From an uncultured Clostridiaceae bacterium (lineage in GTDB: Bacteria; Bacillota; Clostridia; Lutisporales; Lutisporaceae): a DNA stretch of 64,000 nt. The stretch lies in assembly GCA_964394355.1 (NCBI GenBank), contig CAYMVQ010000004.1:15090-79089 (forward strand), in the 5' to 3' direction. A program made the translations under genes and the position numbers. Positions 17,543 through 26,975 of this stretch are shown here, in pieces. Each line of letters starts with the position of its first letter. Position 1 is the first letter of the stretch. Under the pieces are notes generated by a model. That model worked only from the letters and a program-made list of their open reading frames with translations, searched no databases and had not been told where the DNA came from.

Positions 17543-17591
17543 TGGCTTTAGATAAAGCTTGGGAAAAGATTAGATTTAAGGAGTTATAATA

Positions 17592-17645
17592 ATGCTTTTA
17601 TTTAATATTCAAAATATAAAACTTCATCATCACCATCATAGATAG
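17592..17645 (+). CDS. Histidine operon leader peptide (HisL-like)
   Basis: AAGGAG RBS at 17578-17583. The ORF encodes MLLFNIQNIKLHHHHHR, with five consecutive His codons at 17625-17639. Lies upstream of a terminator and hisZ. Confidence 0.7.
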   Translation: MLLFNIQNIKLHHHHHR

Positions 17646-17741
17646 AGGGTTTGCAAAACCAAGCTGAATATAGCTCCGGGTGCAATCCCTGTTAATCGTT
17701 AAGATTTAAGGGCTTGTACCTAGGATGGCGATATAAAAAGA

Positions 17742-17782
17742 GTAACCATACCTTTGGTGCAAAAGGTATGGTTACTTTTTTT
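17742..17782 (+). terminator. Attenuator terminator of the his leader
   Basis: Perfect 14-bp stem GTAACCATACCTTT and AAAGGTATGGTTAC, 6-nt loop, T7 run. Ends 31 nt before the hisZ ATG. Confidence 0.8.
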
Positions 17783-17813
17783 ATTTTATAAGCAAGGAAG
17801 GAAGGGTAGGAAA

Positions 17814-18779
17814 ATGCAATACTTGAAAATTAATGACGAGATTGAATCTTATAAGAAAAGATTTGAGCTAAAAAGAAAGATTGAAGATATGTTTATAAAA
17901 GAAGGTTACACATATATTGAACCTTCAGCTTTTGAAAGCCTTGAAGACTATAGGGATTTTCATAGGTTTATAAAAAAAGAAGCCATGGTGAAAGTAATAA
18001 ATGGGGGTTCTGATATTTTAGTACTGAGGCCAGATAACACCAGCAATATAATTAAAAATCTTATGCCGCGTTGGGAGGAAAATCTAAGGCTTAAACTTTT
18101 CTACAATTCGACAGTCTATAGAAGTTCCGTTAATTCTAAGATTAAAGAAGTTAAGCAAATGGGTGTGGAATATCTCGGGGAATCGGCAATAAATGCAGAT
18201 TGTGAAATCCTAGGTTTGGCCCTTAAAATTTTAAAGGAATTCAACTCTGGCTTCCTTTTGGAGATTTCAAACAGCAAATATGTTGATGGACTTTTTGAAG
18301 AAATAAATATTGAAGACAGGAAAAAGGAAGATTTAAAAGATCTTATTTCAAAGAAAAACAAATTTGAATTATTTAACTTTATTGAGACCATAGAGCTTAC
18401 GAAAGCCGTAAAAGAATGTTTAAAAAACCTACTAAGTATGCAAGGCGATATTTTTAAGATAGCAGAGAAAGCAAGAGGACTATTTTTGAATGAAAAAATG
18501 CAGAAAGCCATAGATGAATTGCTTTTTTTAAAAAAATTCATTGATAATGAGGATTATTCTAAATATGTGTATTTTGATTTATCTTTGATCACTGAATTAA
18601 GCTATTACGATGGCATTATTTTTAAGGGCTATTTTCCAAATTCTTTTAAAGACATAATAAGCGGCGGAAGGTATGATTCTTTTACCATAGATTTTGGTAA
18701 AAAAATTCCGGCAATAGGATTCTCTATTTATTTAAATGAACTGTTGGATGGAAGAGGTGATAGGGATGGATTATCTTAG
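17814..18779 (+). CDS. hisZ: ATP phosphoribosyltransferase regulatory subunit
   Basis: Start moved to ATG 17814 (MQYLK...), because the track ORF extension covers the terminator. HisRS-like paralog lacking an anticodon domain, next to a short-form hisG. Confidence 0.85.
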   Translation: MQYLKINDEIESYKKRFELKRKIEDMFIKEGYTYIEPSAFESLEDYRDFHRFIKKEAMVKVINGGSDILVLRPDNTSNIIKNLMPRWEENLRLKLFYNSTVYRSSVNSKIKEVKQMGVEYLGESAINADCEILGLALKILKEFNSGFLLEISNSKYVDGLFEEINIEDRKKEDLKDLISKKNKFELFNFIETIELTKAVKECLKNLLSMQGDIFKIAEKARGLFLNEKMQKAIDELLFLKKFIDNEDYSKYVYFDLSLITELSYYDGIIFKGYFPNSFKDIISGGRYDSFTIDFGKKIPAIGFSIYLNELLDGRGDRDGLS

Positions 18780-19395
18780 AATAGCCTTATCCAAGGGTAG
18801 AATAGGTAAGGAGGCATATAAATTATTTTCGGATTTGGGTTTGGGAGACTCAATTGATCCAAAATCAAGAAAATTGGTTTTTAAAGATGACATCAACAAA
18901 ATAAAATATATCTATGTAAAGACTGCCGATGTAATAACCTATGTGGAGAACGGTGTAGCCGACTTGGGGGTAGTAGGAAAGGATATTATTTTAGAAAGCG
19001 ACAGTGATGTTTATGAAATCTATGATTTGGGATTTGGAAAGTGCAAATTTGCTATTGCTGGTGCTAAAGATGCAGAAACTGATAGAAAAAGTGAGATTAT
19101 AAAAGTGGCAACAAAATACCCTAAGATTGCAAAAGAGTATTTTTTAAAAAAGGGTCAGAGGATTCAAACAATTAAATTAAACGGTTCTGTGGAGCTAGCC
19201 CCATTAGTTGGTCTTTCTGATGTTATAGTGGATTTAGTAGAGACGGGGGATACCTTGAGGGCCAATGGTTTAAAAGTAATAGAAGAAATGTTTGAAATCA
19301 GTGCAAGGCTTATTTGCAACAGAATAAGCTATCGATTTAAACATAATAGAATAAACAATATTATTCAGTTGTTATCCAATAAACAAGTAATTTAA
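18766..19395 (+). CDS. hisG: ATP phosphoribosyltransferase, short form
   Basis: MDYLRIALSKGR... start at 18766. About 209 aa, the short HisG that requires HisZ. Confidence 0.9.
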   Translation: MDYLRIALSKGRIGKEAYKLFSDLGLGDSIDPKSRKLVFKDDINKIKYIYVKTADVITYVENGVADLGVVGKDIILESDSDVYEIYDLGFGKCKFAIAGAKDAETDRKSEIIKVATKYPKIAKEYFLKKGQRIQTIKLNGSVELAPLVGLSDVIVDLVETGDTLRANGLKVIEEMFEISARLICNRISYRFKHNRINNIIQLLSNKQVI

Positions 19396-19409
19396 GGGGG
19401 GCAAAAGAA

Positions 19410-20696
19410 ATGATGCCAATAATAAATATCAATGAAGCTAAGGGCTTTCTAGAAAAGCTTTCCAAAAGAAATCAATTCGAATCAGATGGCATAAAGGAAA
19501 AAGTAAAACAAATATTGTCAGATGTAAAAGACAGGGGGGATCAGGCCTTAAGGGACTATAGTCAAAAATATGATGGGGTGCTTATTGATGACTTTCTAGT
19601 TAGTCAGGAAGAGATTGATTGTGCCCTAAATAATACAGATCCTAAACTAATTGAGGATTTAAAAAAGGCTAAAAAAAATATTGAAAAGTATCACAAGAAG
19701 CAAATAAGGACATCCTATTCATTGTACGAAGAAGAGGATATTATTTTAGGCCAAATTGTAAGAGCTGTAGAAAAGGTAGGTATCTATGTGCCAGGGGGTA
19801 CTGCTGCATACCCTTCCACTGTGCTTATGAATGCTTTGCCGGCAAAATTAGCAGGGGTTGATAAAATTATCATGATAACTCCACCTAATAAAGATGGCAA
19901 AATAAACAAGTCGATTCTAGCTGCTGCCTCTATAGCAGGTGTTGATGAGGTATATAAAGTAGGCGGTGCACAGGGAATCGGGGCCCTTACCTATGGTACC
20001 GAAAGCATAGCAAAGGTGGATAAAATAACGGGGCCCGGAAATGCCTATGTAACGATGGCAAAAAAACAAGTTTCAGGCCAAGTAGGAATAGATATGATTG
20101 CGGGACCCAGTGAAGTTTTAATAATTGCAGATCAGTGGTCCAATCCTAAATACATTGCAGCAGATATAATCGCCCAAGCTGAACATGATGAGATGGCTTC
20201 AGCAATATTAATTACGGATTGGGATCCTCTTGGCGAAAAGGTATTAGAAGAAATAGAAATACAAATTGAAGGCCTGGATAGAAAAAATATTATAAAAAAA
20301 TCCCTAAAAAACTATGGTGCCATAATAATCACTAGCTCCATAGCAGAATCAATTAACTTGGCTAATAAAATAGCTCCAGAGCATTTGGAGATACTAACCA
20401 GAAATCCTTTTGATATATACAAAAGCATTAGAAATGCAGGGGCGATTTTTCTTGGGGAATATTCACCGGAACCAGTTGGAGATTATTATTCAGGGACCAA
20501 TCATATTTTACCTACCTGCGCAACAGCACGGTTTTCTTCACCTTTATCTGTGGAGGATTTTATAAAAAAGTCTTCCTTAATTTACTATAGTAAAAAAGCC
20601 TTAAAGGAGGCAAAAAACTCAATTATAAGGATTGCAGAAGAAGAGGGATTAACGGGCCATGCCAATTCAATAAGGGTAAGATTTGAGGGAGTGTAG
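19410..20696 (+). CDS. hisD: Histidinol dehydrogenase
   Basis: 428 aa with conserved blocks GIYVPGGTAAYPSTVLM, AGPSEVLIIAD and AEHD. Confidence 0.95.
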   Translation: MMPIININEAKGFLEKLSKRNQFESDGIKEKVKQILSDVKDRGDQALRDYSQKYDGVLIDDFLVSQEEIDCALNNTDPKLIEDLKKAKKNIEKYHKKQIRTSYSLYEEEDIILGQIVRAVEKVGIYVPGGTAAYPSTVLMNALPAKLAGVDKIIMITPPNKDGKINKSILAAASIAGVDEVYKVGGAQGIGALTYGTESIAKVDKITGPGNAYVTMAKKQVSGQVGIDMIAGPSEVLIIADQWSNPKYIAADIIAQAEHDEMASAILITDWDPLGEKVLEEIEIQIEGLDRKNIIKKSLKNYGAIIITSSIAESINLANKIAPEHLEILTRNPFDIYKSIRNAGAIFLGEYSPEPVGDYYSGTNHILPTCATARFSSPLSVEDFIKKSSLIYYSKKALKEAKNSIIRIAEEEGLTGHANSIRVRFEGV

Positions 20697-20699
20697 TAA

Positions 20700-21743
20700 A
20701 TGGAATTAGTAAGAAGAACTATTATGGACTTAAAAGAATATAAGCCAAATTATTCTGCTTATAAAATAAAACTAGATGCCAACGAGGGAAAGAATCCTTT
20801 TTTCGGAAATGATGATATCAAATGTATGGAGGCAATTAATATAAGTTTATACCCTGACAGTAGTTCCTTAGGACTTAGACAGGAAATAGGAAAATATATT
20901 AATATAAATCCATCTAATATAATTGCAGGCAATGGCTCTAGTGAAATGATTGAGCTTATTATGAAAACTTATATAGATAAAGATGATATAGTGCTGGGTT
21001 TTACCCCTAGCTTTAGTATGTATTCTATTTTCAGCCAGATATATTCGGCTAAATTTATAGGTGTTAGGTCTAATGATGACTTTTCCCTTTCAATAGACAA
21101 TTTAATAGAAAAAGCCAAGGAAGTAAATCCAAAGATAATAATTATATGTAATCCAAATAACCCAACAGGATATTTAATAGATAAAAGCCAGATAAAGAAG
21201 CTGATAGAAAGCGTAAACTCAATTGTAGTTTTAGATGAGGCCTATATTGAATTTGCAGATGGCTCCATGGTAGGAGATATTTATTCCTATAATAACTTAA
21301 TAGTACTTAGGACTTTATCCAAAGCTTTTGGACTGGCTGGCCTAAGGCTGGGTTACCTGGTAGCGGGTGAAAGCATTATAGGCATTATAAACAAGGTTAA
21401 ATCCCCCTACAACTTAAATGCCATAAGCCAATATTTTGGCATAAAAGCCTTAAAAAGCTCCAATAAAGTAAAGGACTATGTAGAAAAAGTAAAAACACAA
21501 AGAGATTATTTGTATAAGGAGCTAAAAAAACTAGGGCTTACAGTATATCCATCTCATGGTAACTTTTTATTTTTCAAATCAAATAAAGAAAGCCTTAATA
21601 AAATTTTAGAAGAGCAAGGAATACTAATTAGGGACTTTTCAGGAGGGTTGGATGGGTATTACAGAGTTAGCGTTGGAAGCCCATGGGAAAACAAAGAATT
21701 TATTAAAATTTTAAAGGGGATATTAAAAAATGAGAACAGCTAA
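20700..21743 (+). CDS. hisC: Histidinol-phosphate aminotransferase
   Basis: 347 aa. Class-II aminotransferase with NPNNPTG and the PLP-lysine context TLSKAFGLAGLRLGY. Confidence 0.9.
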   Translation: MELVRRTIMDLKEYKPNYSAYKIKLDANEGKNPFFGNDDIKCMEAINISLYPDSSSLGLRQEIGKYININPSNIIAGNGSSEMIELIMKTYIDKDDIVLGFTPSFSMYSIFSQIYSAKFIGVRSNDDFSLSIDNLIEKAKEVNPKIIIICNPNNPTGYLIDKSQIKKLIESVNSIVVLDEAYIEFADGSMVGDIYSYNNLIVLRTLSKAFGLAGLRLGYLVAGESIIGIINKVKSPYNLNAISQYFGIKALKSSNKVKDYVEKVKTQRDYLYKELKKLGLTVYPSHGNFLFFKSNKESLNKILEEQGILIRDFSGGLDGYYRVSVGSPWENKEFIKILKGILKNENS

Positions 21744-22308
21744 AATAGAGAGAAAGACAAATGAAACTCAAATAGTGATGGAGTTAAATATAGATAGTAG
21801 AGGAAAAAGTGAAATAAATACAGGCATAGGTTTCTTTGATCATATGCTAAATCTTTTTGCTTTTCACGGGGACTTCGACTTAAAGCTTATTTGCCAGGGG
21901 GATTTGAATATTGATGAGCATCATAGTGTTGAAGATATAGGGATAGTCCTTGGTCAAACTTTTAAAAAAGCATTGGCAGATAGAAAGGGTATTCAACGAT
22001 ATTCTAGTATTTATATACCTATGGATGAAGCCTTATGCCATGTAACAATAGATATAAGCAATCGACCATACTTAGTTTTTAACGTAGATTTTAAATCAGA
22101 GAATTTGGGTCAGATGAATACCCAAGGATTTAAAGAATTTTTTAGAGCCTTTGCCTATAATGCAGCTATTACTCTCCATATAAATCAATTATACGGAGAA
22201 AACGACCATCATAAAATTGAAGGAGTATTTAAAGCTTTTGGAAAAGCCTTAAAAGAAGCTACGAGAATAGTTTCAGACCAAACACCTTCTACAAAAGGAT
22301 TATTATAA
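21730..22308 (+). CDS. hisB: Imidazoleglycerol-phosphate dehydratase
   Basis: 192 aa. Motifs GIGFFDHML, DEHHSVEDIGI and GENDHHKIEGVFKAFG. Confidence 0.95.
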   Translation: MRTAKIERKTNETQIVMELNIDSRGKSEINTGIGFFDHMLNLFAFHGDFDLKLICQGDLNIDEHHSVEDIGIVLGQTFKKALADRKGIQRYSSIYIPMDEALCHVTIDISNRPYLVFNVDFKSENLGQMNTQGFKEFFRAFAYNAAITLHINQLYGENDHHKIEGVFKAFGKALKEATRIVSDQTPSTKGLL

Positions 22309-22380
22309 TAGATACTCACATTGATGCTAAGCTATATTGGGCAAGAAGCCCATAATTATTTTAAAAAAGGAGATAAAAAC

Positions 22381-23085
22381 ATGTTGATTTTGCCAGCTAT
22401 TGATATTAAGGACAATAAATGTGTAAGGCTTAAACAAGGTAATTTTAATAATATTAAAGTATACTCTAATGACCCCTCCGAAGTAGCCATAAAGTGGCAG
22501 GAGCAAGGGGCTAAGTATTTACATATAGTAGACTTGGACGGGGCCAGGATAGGGGGATTTACTAATAAAAAATCCATAGAAAAAATCCTTAGAAATATCA
22601 GTATACCGGTACAAATAGGCGGTGGTATAAGAAGCATAGAAAAAGTAAAGGAGCTTATTGACTTAGGAGTGGACAGGGTGATTTTGGGAACTGCTGCAGT
22701 AGAAGATATTACACTTTTAAAAGAATTAATAGAAATATACGGCAGCGAAAAAATTGTAATTTCCATAGACGCCAAAGACGGAAAGGTTGCAACAAGAGCC
22801 TGGGAGACAATTAGCCAAATAGATTCACTGAATTTAATAAAGCAATTGGAGAAAATAGGCGTAAAAATTATAGTATATACGGATATATCCAAGGATGGAA
22901 TGCTTGATGGTCCGAATTTTGAAATATACGAAAAACTTGCAGAAAGGACTAGTATCAAAATGATAGTTTCCGGCGGAGTTACTTCTATGAAAGATATAGA
23001 AAGATTGAAGATTCTCCAACCTTATGGCGTCATAATAGGCAAAGCTTTTTATGAGGGGATCCTTGACTTTAAGGAGGTTATCTAA
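22381..23085 (+). CDS. hisA: ProFAR isomerase (1-(5-phosphoribosyl)-5-[(5-phosphoribosylamino)methylideneamino]imidazole-4-carboxamide isomerase)
   Basis: ATG 22381 follows an AAGGAG RBS. MLILPAIDIKDNKCVRLKQG... and a C-terminal SGGV..GVIIGKAFYEG. Confidence 0.9.
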   Translation: MLILPAIDIKDNKCVRLKQGNFNNIKVYSNDPSEVAIKWQEQGAKYLHIVDLDGARIGGFTNKKSIEKILRNISIPVQIGGGIRSIEKVKELIDLGVDRVILGTAAVEDITLLKELIEIYGSEKIVISIDAKDGKVATRAWETISQIDSLNLIKQLEKIGVKIIVYTDISKDGMLDGPNFEIYEKLAERTSIKMIVSGGVTSMKDIERLKILQPYGVIIGKAFYEGILDFKEVI

Positions 23086-23837
23086 TGATTAGGATAATCC
23101 CTTGCTTAGATATAATAGGGGATAAGACCGTTAAGGGAAAGAAATTTCAAGATATAAGGGAGATAGATAATCCAAAGACTTTGGCAAGTTATTACAGCCA
23201 AGAGGGAGCAGATGAAATAGTAATATACGATATAATGGCATCAGCGGAAAAAAGAAAGATAAATCTGTCTTATATATCAGAAATAGTATCAAATATAAAT
23301 ATTCCTTTCTCCTTAGGTGGCGGTATATCAGAAATATGGGATATTGAAAACTGTCTAAAGATAAATGCAAAAAAAGTATCCTTAAATTCTGCCGCAATTA
23401 AAAATCCGTATCTTGTAAAAGAAGGGGCATTAAAATTTGGCTCTCAATCAATAGTATTATCCATTGACGCAAAAAGAAATGATAAAGGCTCTTGGAGTGT
23501 ATATCATGCTGGTGGGAAAATAGACACAGGCTTAGATGCAATTCAATGGGCAAAAAAAGGAGTAGAACTTGGAGCCGGAGAGCTAGTAATAAACAGCATA
23601 GATAAGGACGGTATGAAAAGTGGTTATGATATAGAGCTTCTAAAGAAAATCAAAGGCTCAGTAAGTGTGCCTATTATAGCCTCCGGTGGGGCTGGAAGGC
23701 TTGAGGATTTTTACAACGTCATTAAATCGGCCAAAATAGACGGTGTTCTAGCAGCATCCGTATTTCATTATGGAGAAATAAAGATTAAGGAATTAAAAGA
23801 TTATTTAAAGGGCAAAGGAGTTGCCGTAAAGAATTAG
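23085..23837 (+). CDS. hisF: Imidazole glycerol phosphate synthase cyclase subunit
   Basis: 250 aa. MIRIIPCLDI...GGGI...ASGGAG...ASVFHYGEI. Confidence 0.9.
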   Translation: MIRIIPCLDIIGDKTVKGKKFQDIREIDNPKTLASYYSQEGADEIVIYDIMASAEKRKINLSYISEIVSNINIPFSLGGGISEIWDIENCLKINAKKVSLNSAAIKNPYLVKEGALKFGSQSIVLSIDAKRNDKGSWSVYHAGGKIDTGLDAIQWAKKGVELGAGELVINSIDKDGMKSGYDIELLKKIKGSVSVPIIASGGAGRLEDFYNVIKSAKIDGVLAASVFHYGEIKIKELKDYLKGKGVAVKN

Positions 23838-23846
23838 GAGGAAAAA

Positions 23847-24509
23847 ATGGATATAGAAGAAATACTAAAAGTCTTGAAACTTAATACAGATGGCTTAATA
23901 CCAGCAATTGCCCAAGATATAAAAACGAAAAAGGTTTTAATGCTCGCCTATATGAATAAAGAATCCATAGAAAAGACTTTTGAAACAGGAGTAGTTCATT
24001 ATTATAGCAGAAGCAGAAATGCTCTTTGGAAAAAAGGGGAGACCTCTGGCAATATTCAAAGGCTAATAGATATTTACTACGATTGTGACAATGACAGCCT
24101 CCTAATTATGGTTGAACAAATAGGTGTGGCTTGTCATACAGGGGCTTATTCTTGCTTTTTTAATGGTATTTTTGAGGCAAGAAAAAGTAAAGGTGAAAAA
24201 CTAGAAATCATAAATGAAGAAAAGGATATTATGGAAGAACTATACTCCCTATTAGTAGATAGGCAGGAAAAGCCCATAGAGAACTCTTACAGCTGCTATT
24301 TGTATAAAGAAGGTCTAGATAAGATTTTAAAAAAAGTAGGTGAAGAGGCTTCTGAAGTAATAATAGCTGCAAAGAACACAGACAAAGGCCAACTTGTTTA
24401 CGAAATCAGTGATTTAATATATCACCTACTTATACTGATGATAAATGAAAATATAACTATTGATGATATAAAAGACGAACTAAAAAAAAGAAGGAAAAAG
24501 AGGGGATAG
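23847..24509 (+). CDS. hisI: Bifunctional phosphoribosyl-AMP cyclohydrolase/phosphoribosyl-ATP diphosphatase
   Basis: 220 aa. The HisI part has YYSRSRNALWKKGETSGN...CHTG. The HisE part has the LYSLLVDRQEK...EEASEVIIAAKN pattern. Confidence 0.9.
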   Translation: MDIEEILKVLKLNTDGLIPAIAQDIKTKKVLMLAYMNKESIEKTFETGVVHYYSRSRNALWKKGETSGNIQRLIDIYYDCDNDSLLIMVEQIGVACHTGAYSCFFNGIFEARKSKGEKLEIINEEKDIMEELYSLLVDRQEKPIENSYSCYLYKEGLDKILKKVGEEASEVIIAAKNTDKGQLVYEISDLIYHLLILMINENITIDDIKDELKKRRKKRG

Positions 24510-24517
24510 AGGGCCAC

Positions 24518-25270
24518 TTAGCAAACTTGTGGCTCCCCCTTAATAGCTTTTATTCCATCCAGTGCTCTTAAAACATTTTCGTCTTTACCGTCTATGACTA
24601 AAACTATTGCCCCTTCGGAGCCATTTACGCCGCCAGATGCAATGCATTTTGATCTTACATCGTATAAGGCTTCCAATGCAGTTATTTCTGTAACAACAGT
24701 AGCTCCCAGCATAGGCATAAGACCGACTTTGTCACCAAGGGCTTCATCAATTGGCTTGCCTGCCAAGAACTCAATTGCTTCACGAACATCTGGGATAAGC
24801 TTTTCTAAGCCAATAGGAACCATAAGTTCAATTTTTCGTTGTGTCACTGGACCCCATGCAGTGCCGATAGTGCCCCCCATTGAATCAGATGATAATACTG
24901 CTGCCAGGCCAGTATGATCAATGGCATTTCCCCCTTTTATAAAAACATCACCAGGACCCATTTCAGCTAGATAAGACTTCCAGCGGAAATCCCTTTCTCT
25001 AGCCTTTCCTCTTGTTATTACATAGGGGTGTATCCTGCCTTCTTCATCTGTAACACCAGTTTTGCCTTCTGTTATTATCCCAACGGTATATTTACTCTTT
25101 TCCGTAATATTTTCCCCAAGCAGCTCCTCTAAAATAAATCCATTAGTTGTACCTCCAGCCAATATTATTGTATGCTTTTTAAGCGCGTCTTGAATACTTG
25201 GCAAAGCTACAAGGCCTTTAGCTATAAGTCTTTTGGATTCACTTGGTTTTAAGGTTATTTGTACTCTCAT
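24518..25270 (-). CDS. Conserved hypothetical protein (family not recognised)
   Basis: 250-aa ORF with non-AT-biased, Gly/Ala/Val-rich globular composition. GGAGGT RBS. Gly-rich loops ILAGGTTNG, FIKGGNAIDHTG and ASGGVNGSEG. Confidence 0.6.
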   Translation of the reverse strand: MRVQITLKPSESKRLIAKGLVALPSIQDALKKHTIILAGGTTNGFILEELLGENITEKSKYTVGIITEGKTGVTDEEGRIHPYVITRGKARERDFRWKSYLAEMGPGDVFIKGGNAIDHTGLAAVLSSDSMGGTIGTAWGPVTQRKIELMVPIGLEKLIPDVREAIEFLAGKPIDEALGDKVGLMPMLGATVVTEITALEALYDVRSKCIASGGVNGSEGAIVLVIDGKDENVLRALDGIKAIKGEPQVC

Positions 25271-25510
25271 TCTATACCTCCTAAATTCTTACTAGCATAT
25301 ACCAATTTTATCACAAAAAAAGGAAGGAGGTAAGCATCTAATATCTAGTTTATAGTATTTTAGTATCGGTTTTTAGAATAAATCCAATAATTATTTCAAA
25401 AAGTAACATATGAAACGGAAAGTTTATCGCTAATGGGTTATAATTAGTTTAACATAGTTTTCCAAGGTTACTTTATTATAAAAATGAAAATAAAGATTGG
25501 AGGCAATTTT

Positions 25511-26734
25511 ATGAGTGAAATGATTAATAACAGAGAATATAGACAAAAAGAACTTAAAAAATTAATACTTGAACTTCATGATGGGAAAAGCGTAGAAGAA
25601 GTAAAGGAAAGGTTTGCAAAGCTTATAGAAGGAGTATCGGCTACGGAGATATCTGAGATGGAAGGGGCAATTATAGCAGAAGGTATGCCCATAGAGGAAG
25701 TTCAGAGACTTTGTGATGTTCATGCTGCAGTATTTAAAGGTTCCATAGAAGAAATTCATCAAGAAGATTTAAAAGACTTAGGTGAGCTCCCTGGGCATCC
25801 GCTAAATACATTTCTTGTAGAAAATAGGGAGATAGAAAAGCTTTTAGAAGGTGAGCTTAGGGACGTTGTTAACGCATTTGCTACTGATGACAGCAAGGAT
25901 AATATTATTAATTTGATAGAAGTTTTGAATTTATTATGGGATATTGATAAGCATTATAGTAGGAAAGAGAACTTATTATTTCCCTACCTTGAGAAATATG
26001 GGATTACTGCTCCGCCACAGGTTATGTGGGGCGTAGATGATGAAATAAGGGCGGAATTAAAAAGTATAAAGCTTGAGTTAGATAGCTATAAGGGAAATAA
26101 AGAGGAGATTGCAAAAAGAGTAGATGACCTAAGTGTAAGGATTAATGAGATGATTTTTAAAGAAGAAAACATCTTATTTCCTATGTGTAAGGAGACCCTA
26201 TCCCAAGATGAGTGGATAACCATAGTGGAGGATAGTGAGGAGATTGGTTATTGTTTGGTTGGACCTACAGGCGTATGGAGTCCTATGAGGGACAATGTAA
26301 AGGTAGAAGGAAAGCCTGCAGATGAAGTGCCAGGTTATATCAGATTTGAATCTGGGTTCTTTACTGCAAAAGAATTAGAGCTTTTATTAAATACTTTACC
26401 CTTTGATATAACCTTTATAGACAAAGACGATACAGTTAAGTATTTTTCCCAGGGGAAAGAAAGGATATTTGCAAGAACAAGGGCTGTCATAGGTAGGACA
26501 GTTCAAAATTGTCACCCACCGGGAAGCGTTCATACTGTTGAAAAAATCCTTGAAGATTTTAAAAATGGAATAAAAGATGAAGAAGGATTTTGGATTAAGG
26601 CGGGAGATATTTATGTTTATATAAGGTATTTTGCTATTAGGGATAAGGAAGGAAACTATATTGGGACTGTAGAAGTAACACAAAATATTAAGCCGATTCA
26701 AGAGATAGAAGGGGAAAAAAGGCTCCTTGATTAA
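25511..26734 (+). CDS. DUF438/hemerythrin-like/PAS-domain protein
   Basis: ATG 25511 lies 8 nt after a GGAGG RBS. The N-terminus REYRQKELKKLILELHDGKSVEEVKERF is typical of DUF438. The central region is hemerythrin-like and the C-terminal region is PAS-like. Confidence 0.7.
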   Translation: MSEMINNREYRQKELKKLILELHDGKSVEEVKERFAKLIEGVSATEISEMEGAIIAEGMPIEEVQRLCDVHAAVFKGSIEEIHQEDLKDLGELPGHPLNTFLVENREIEKLLEGELRDVVNAFATDDSKDNIINLIEVLNLLWDIDKHYSRKENLLFPYLEKYGITAPPQVMWGVDDEIRAELKSIKLELDSYKGNKEEIAKRVDDLSVRINEMIFKEENILFPMCKETLSQDEWITIVEDSEEIGYCLVGPTGVWSPMRDNVKVEGKPADEVPGYIRFESGFFTAKELELLLNTLPFDITFIDKDDTVKYFSQGKERIFARTRAVIGRTVQNCHPPGSVHTVEKILEDFKNGIKDEEGFWIKAGDIYVYIRYFAIRDKEGNYIGTVEVTQNIKPIQEIEGEKRLLD

Positions 26735-26975
26735 GTCACATTAAAGAAAATTGTATATTAAACTATGGGAGATAATCCTTTATATGTATGTAAGCCACTG
26801 GCTCAAGGCTTAATAATATGGTAATTGTAAAAAATATCATAGATAAAAAGATAATAAAATGTAAAAAAATTAAATGTTTTTTAAGGCTGACTCCCATATA
26901 AGAACAATAATTCAAGTTTTTAAAAAGGTTGGAGGAATATAACTAAGATTAGTTTTTGTGAGGGAGGGGAAGTCT

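Noticed and set aside
17754-17813. N-terminal extension of the hisZ ORF in the track (MVQKVWLLFLFYKQGRKGRK...)
   Set aside because: The extension starts inside the attenuator terminator hairpin and T-run. The ATG at 17814 has a purine-rich RBS and gives a normal HisZ N-terminus.
22356-22958. 200-aa minus-strand ORF inside hisA
   Set aside because: It is antisense to a confidently identified hisA and has Ser/Ile/Phe-rich shadow-frame composition. The same reasoning applies to the other long antisense ORFs: 46353-46865 in htrA, 35009-35479 in the M23 gene, 4057-4461 and 3697-4053 in the permease gene, 18116-18541 in hisZ and 11503-11865 in the AKR gene.
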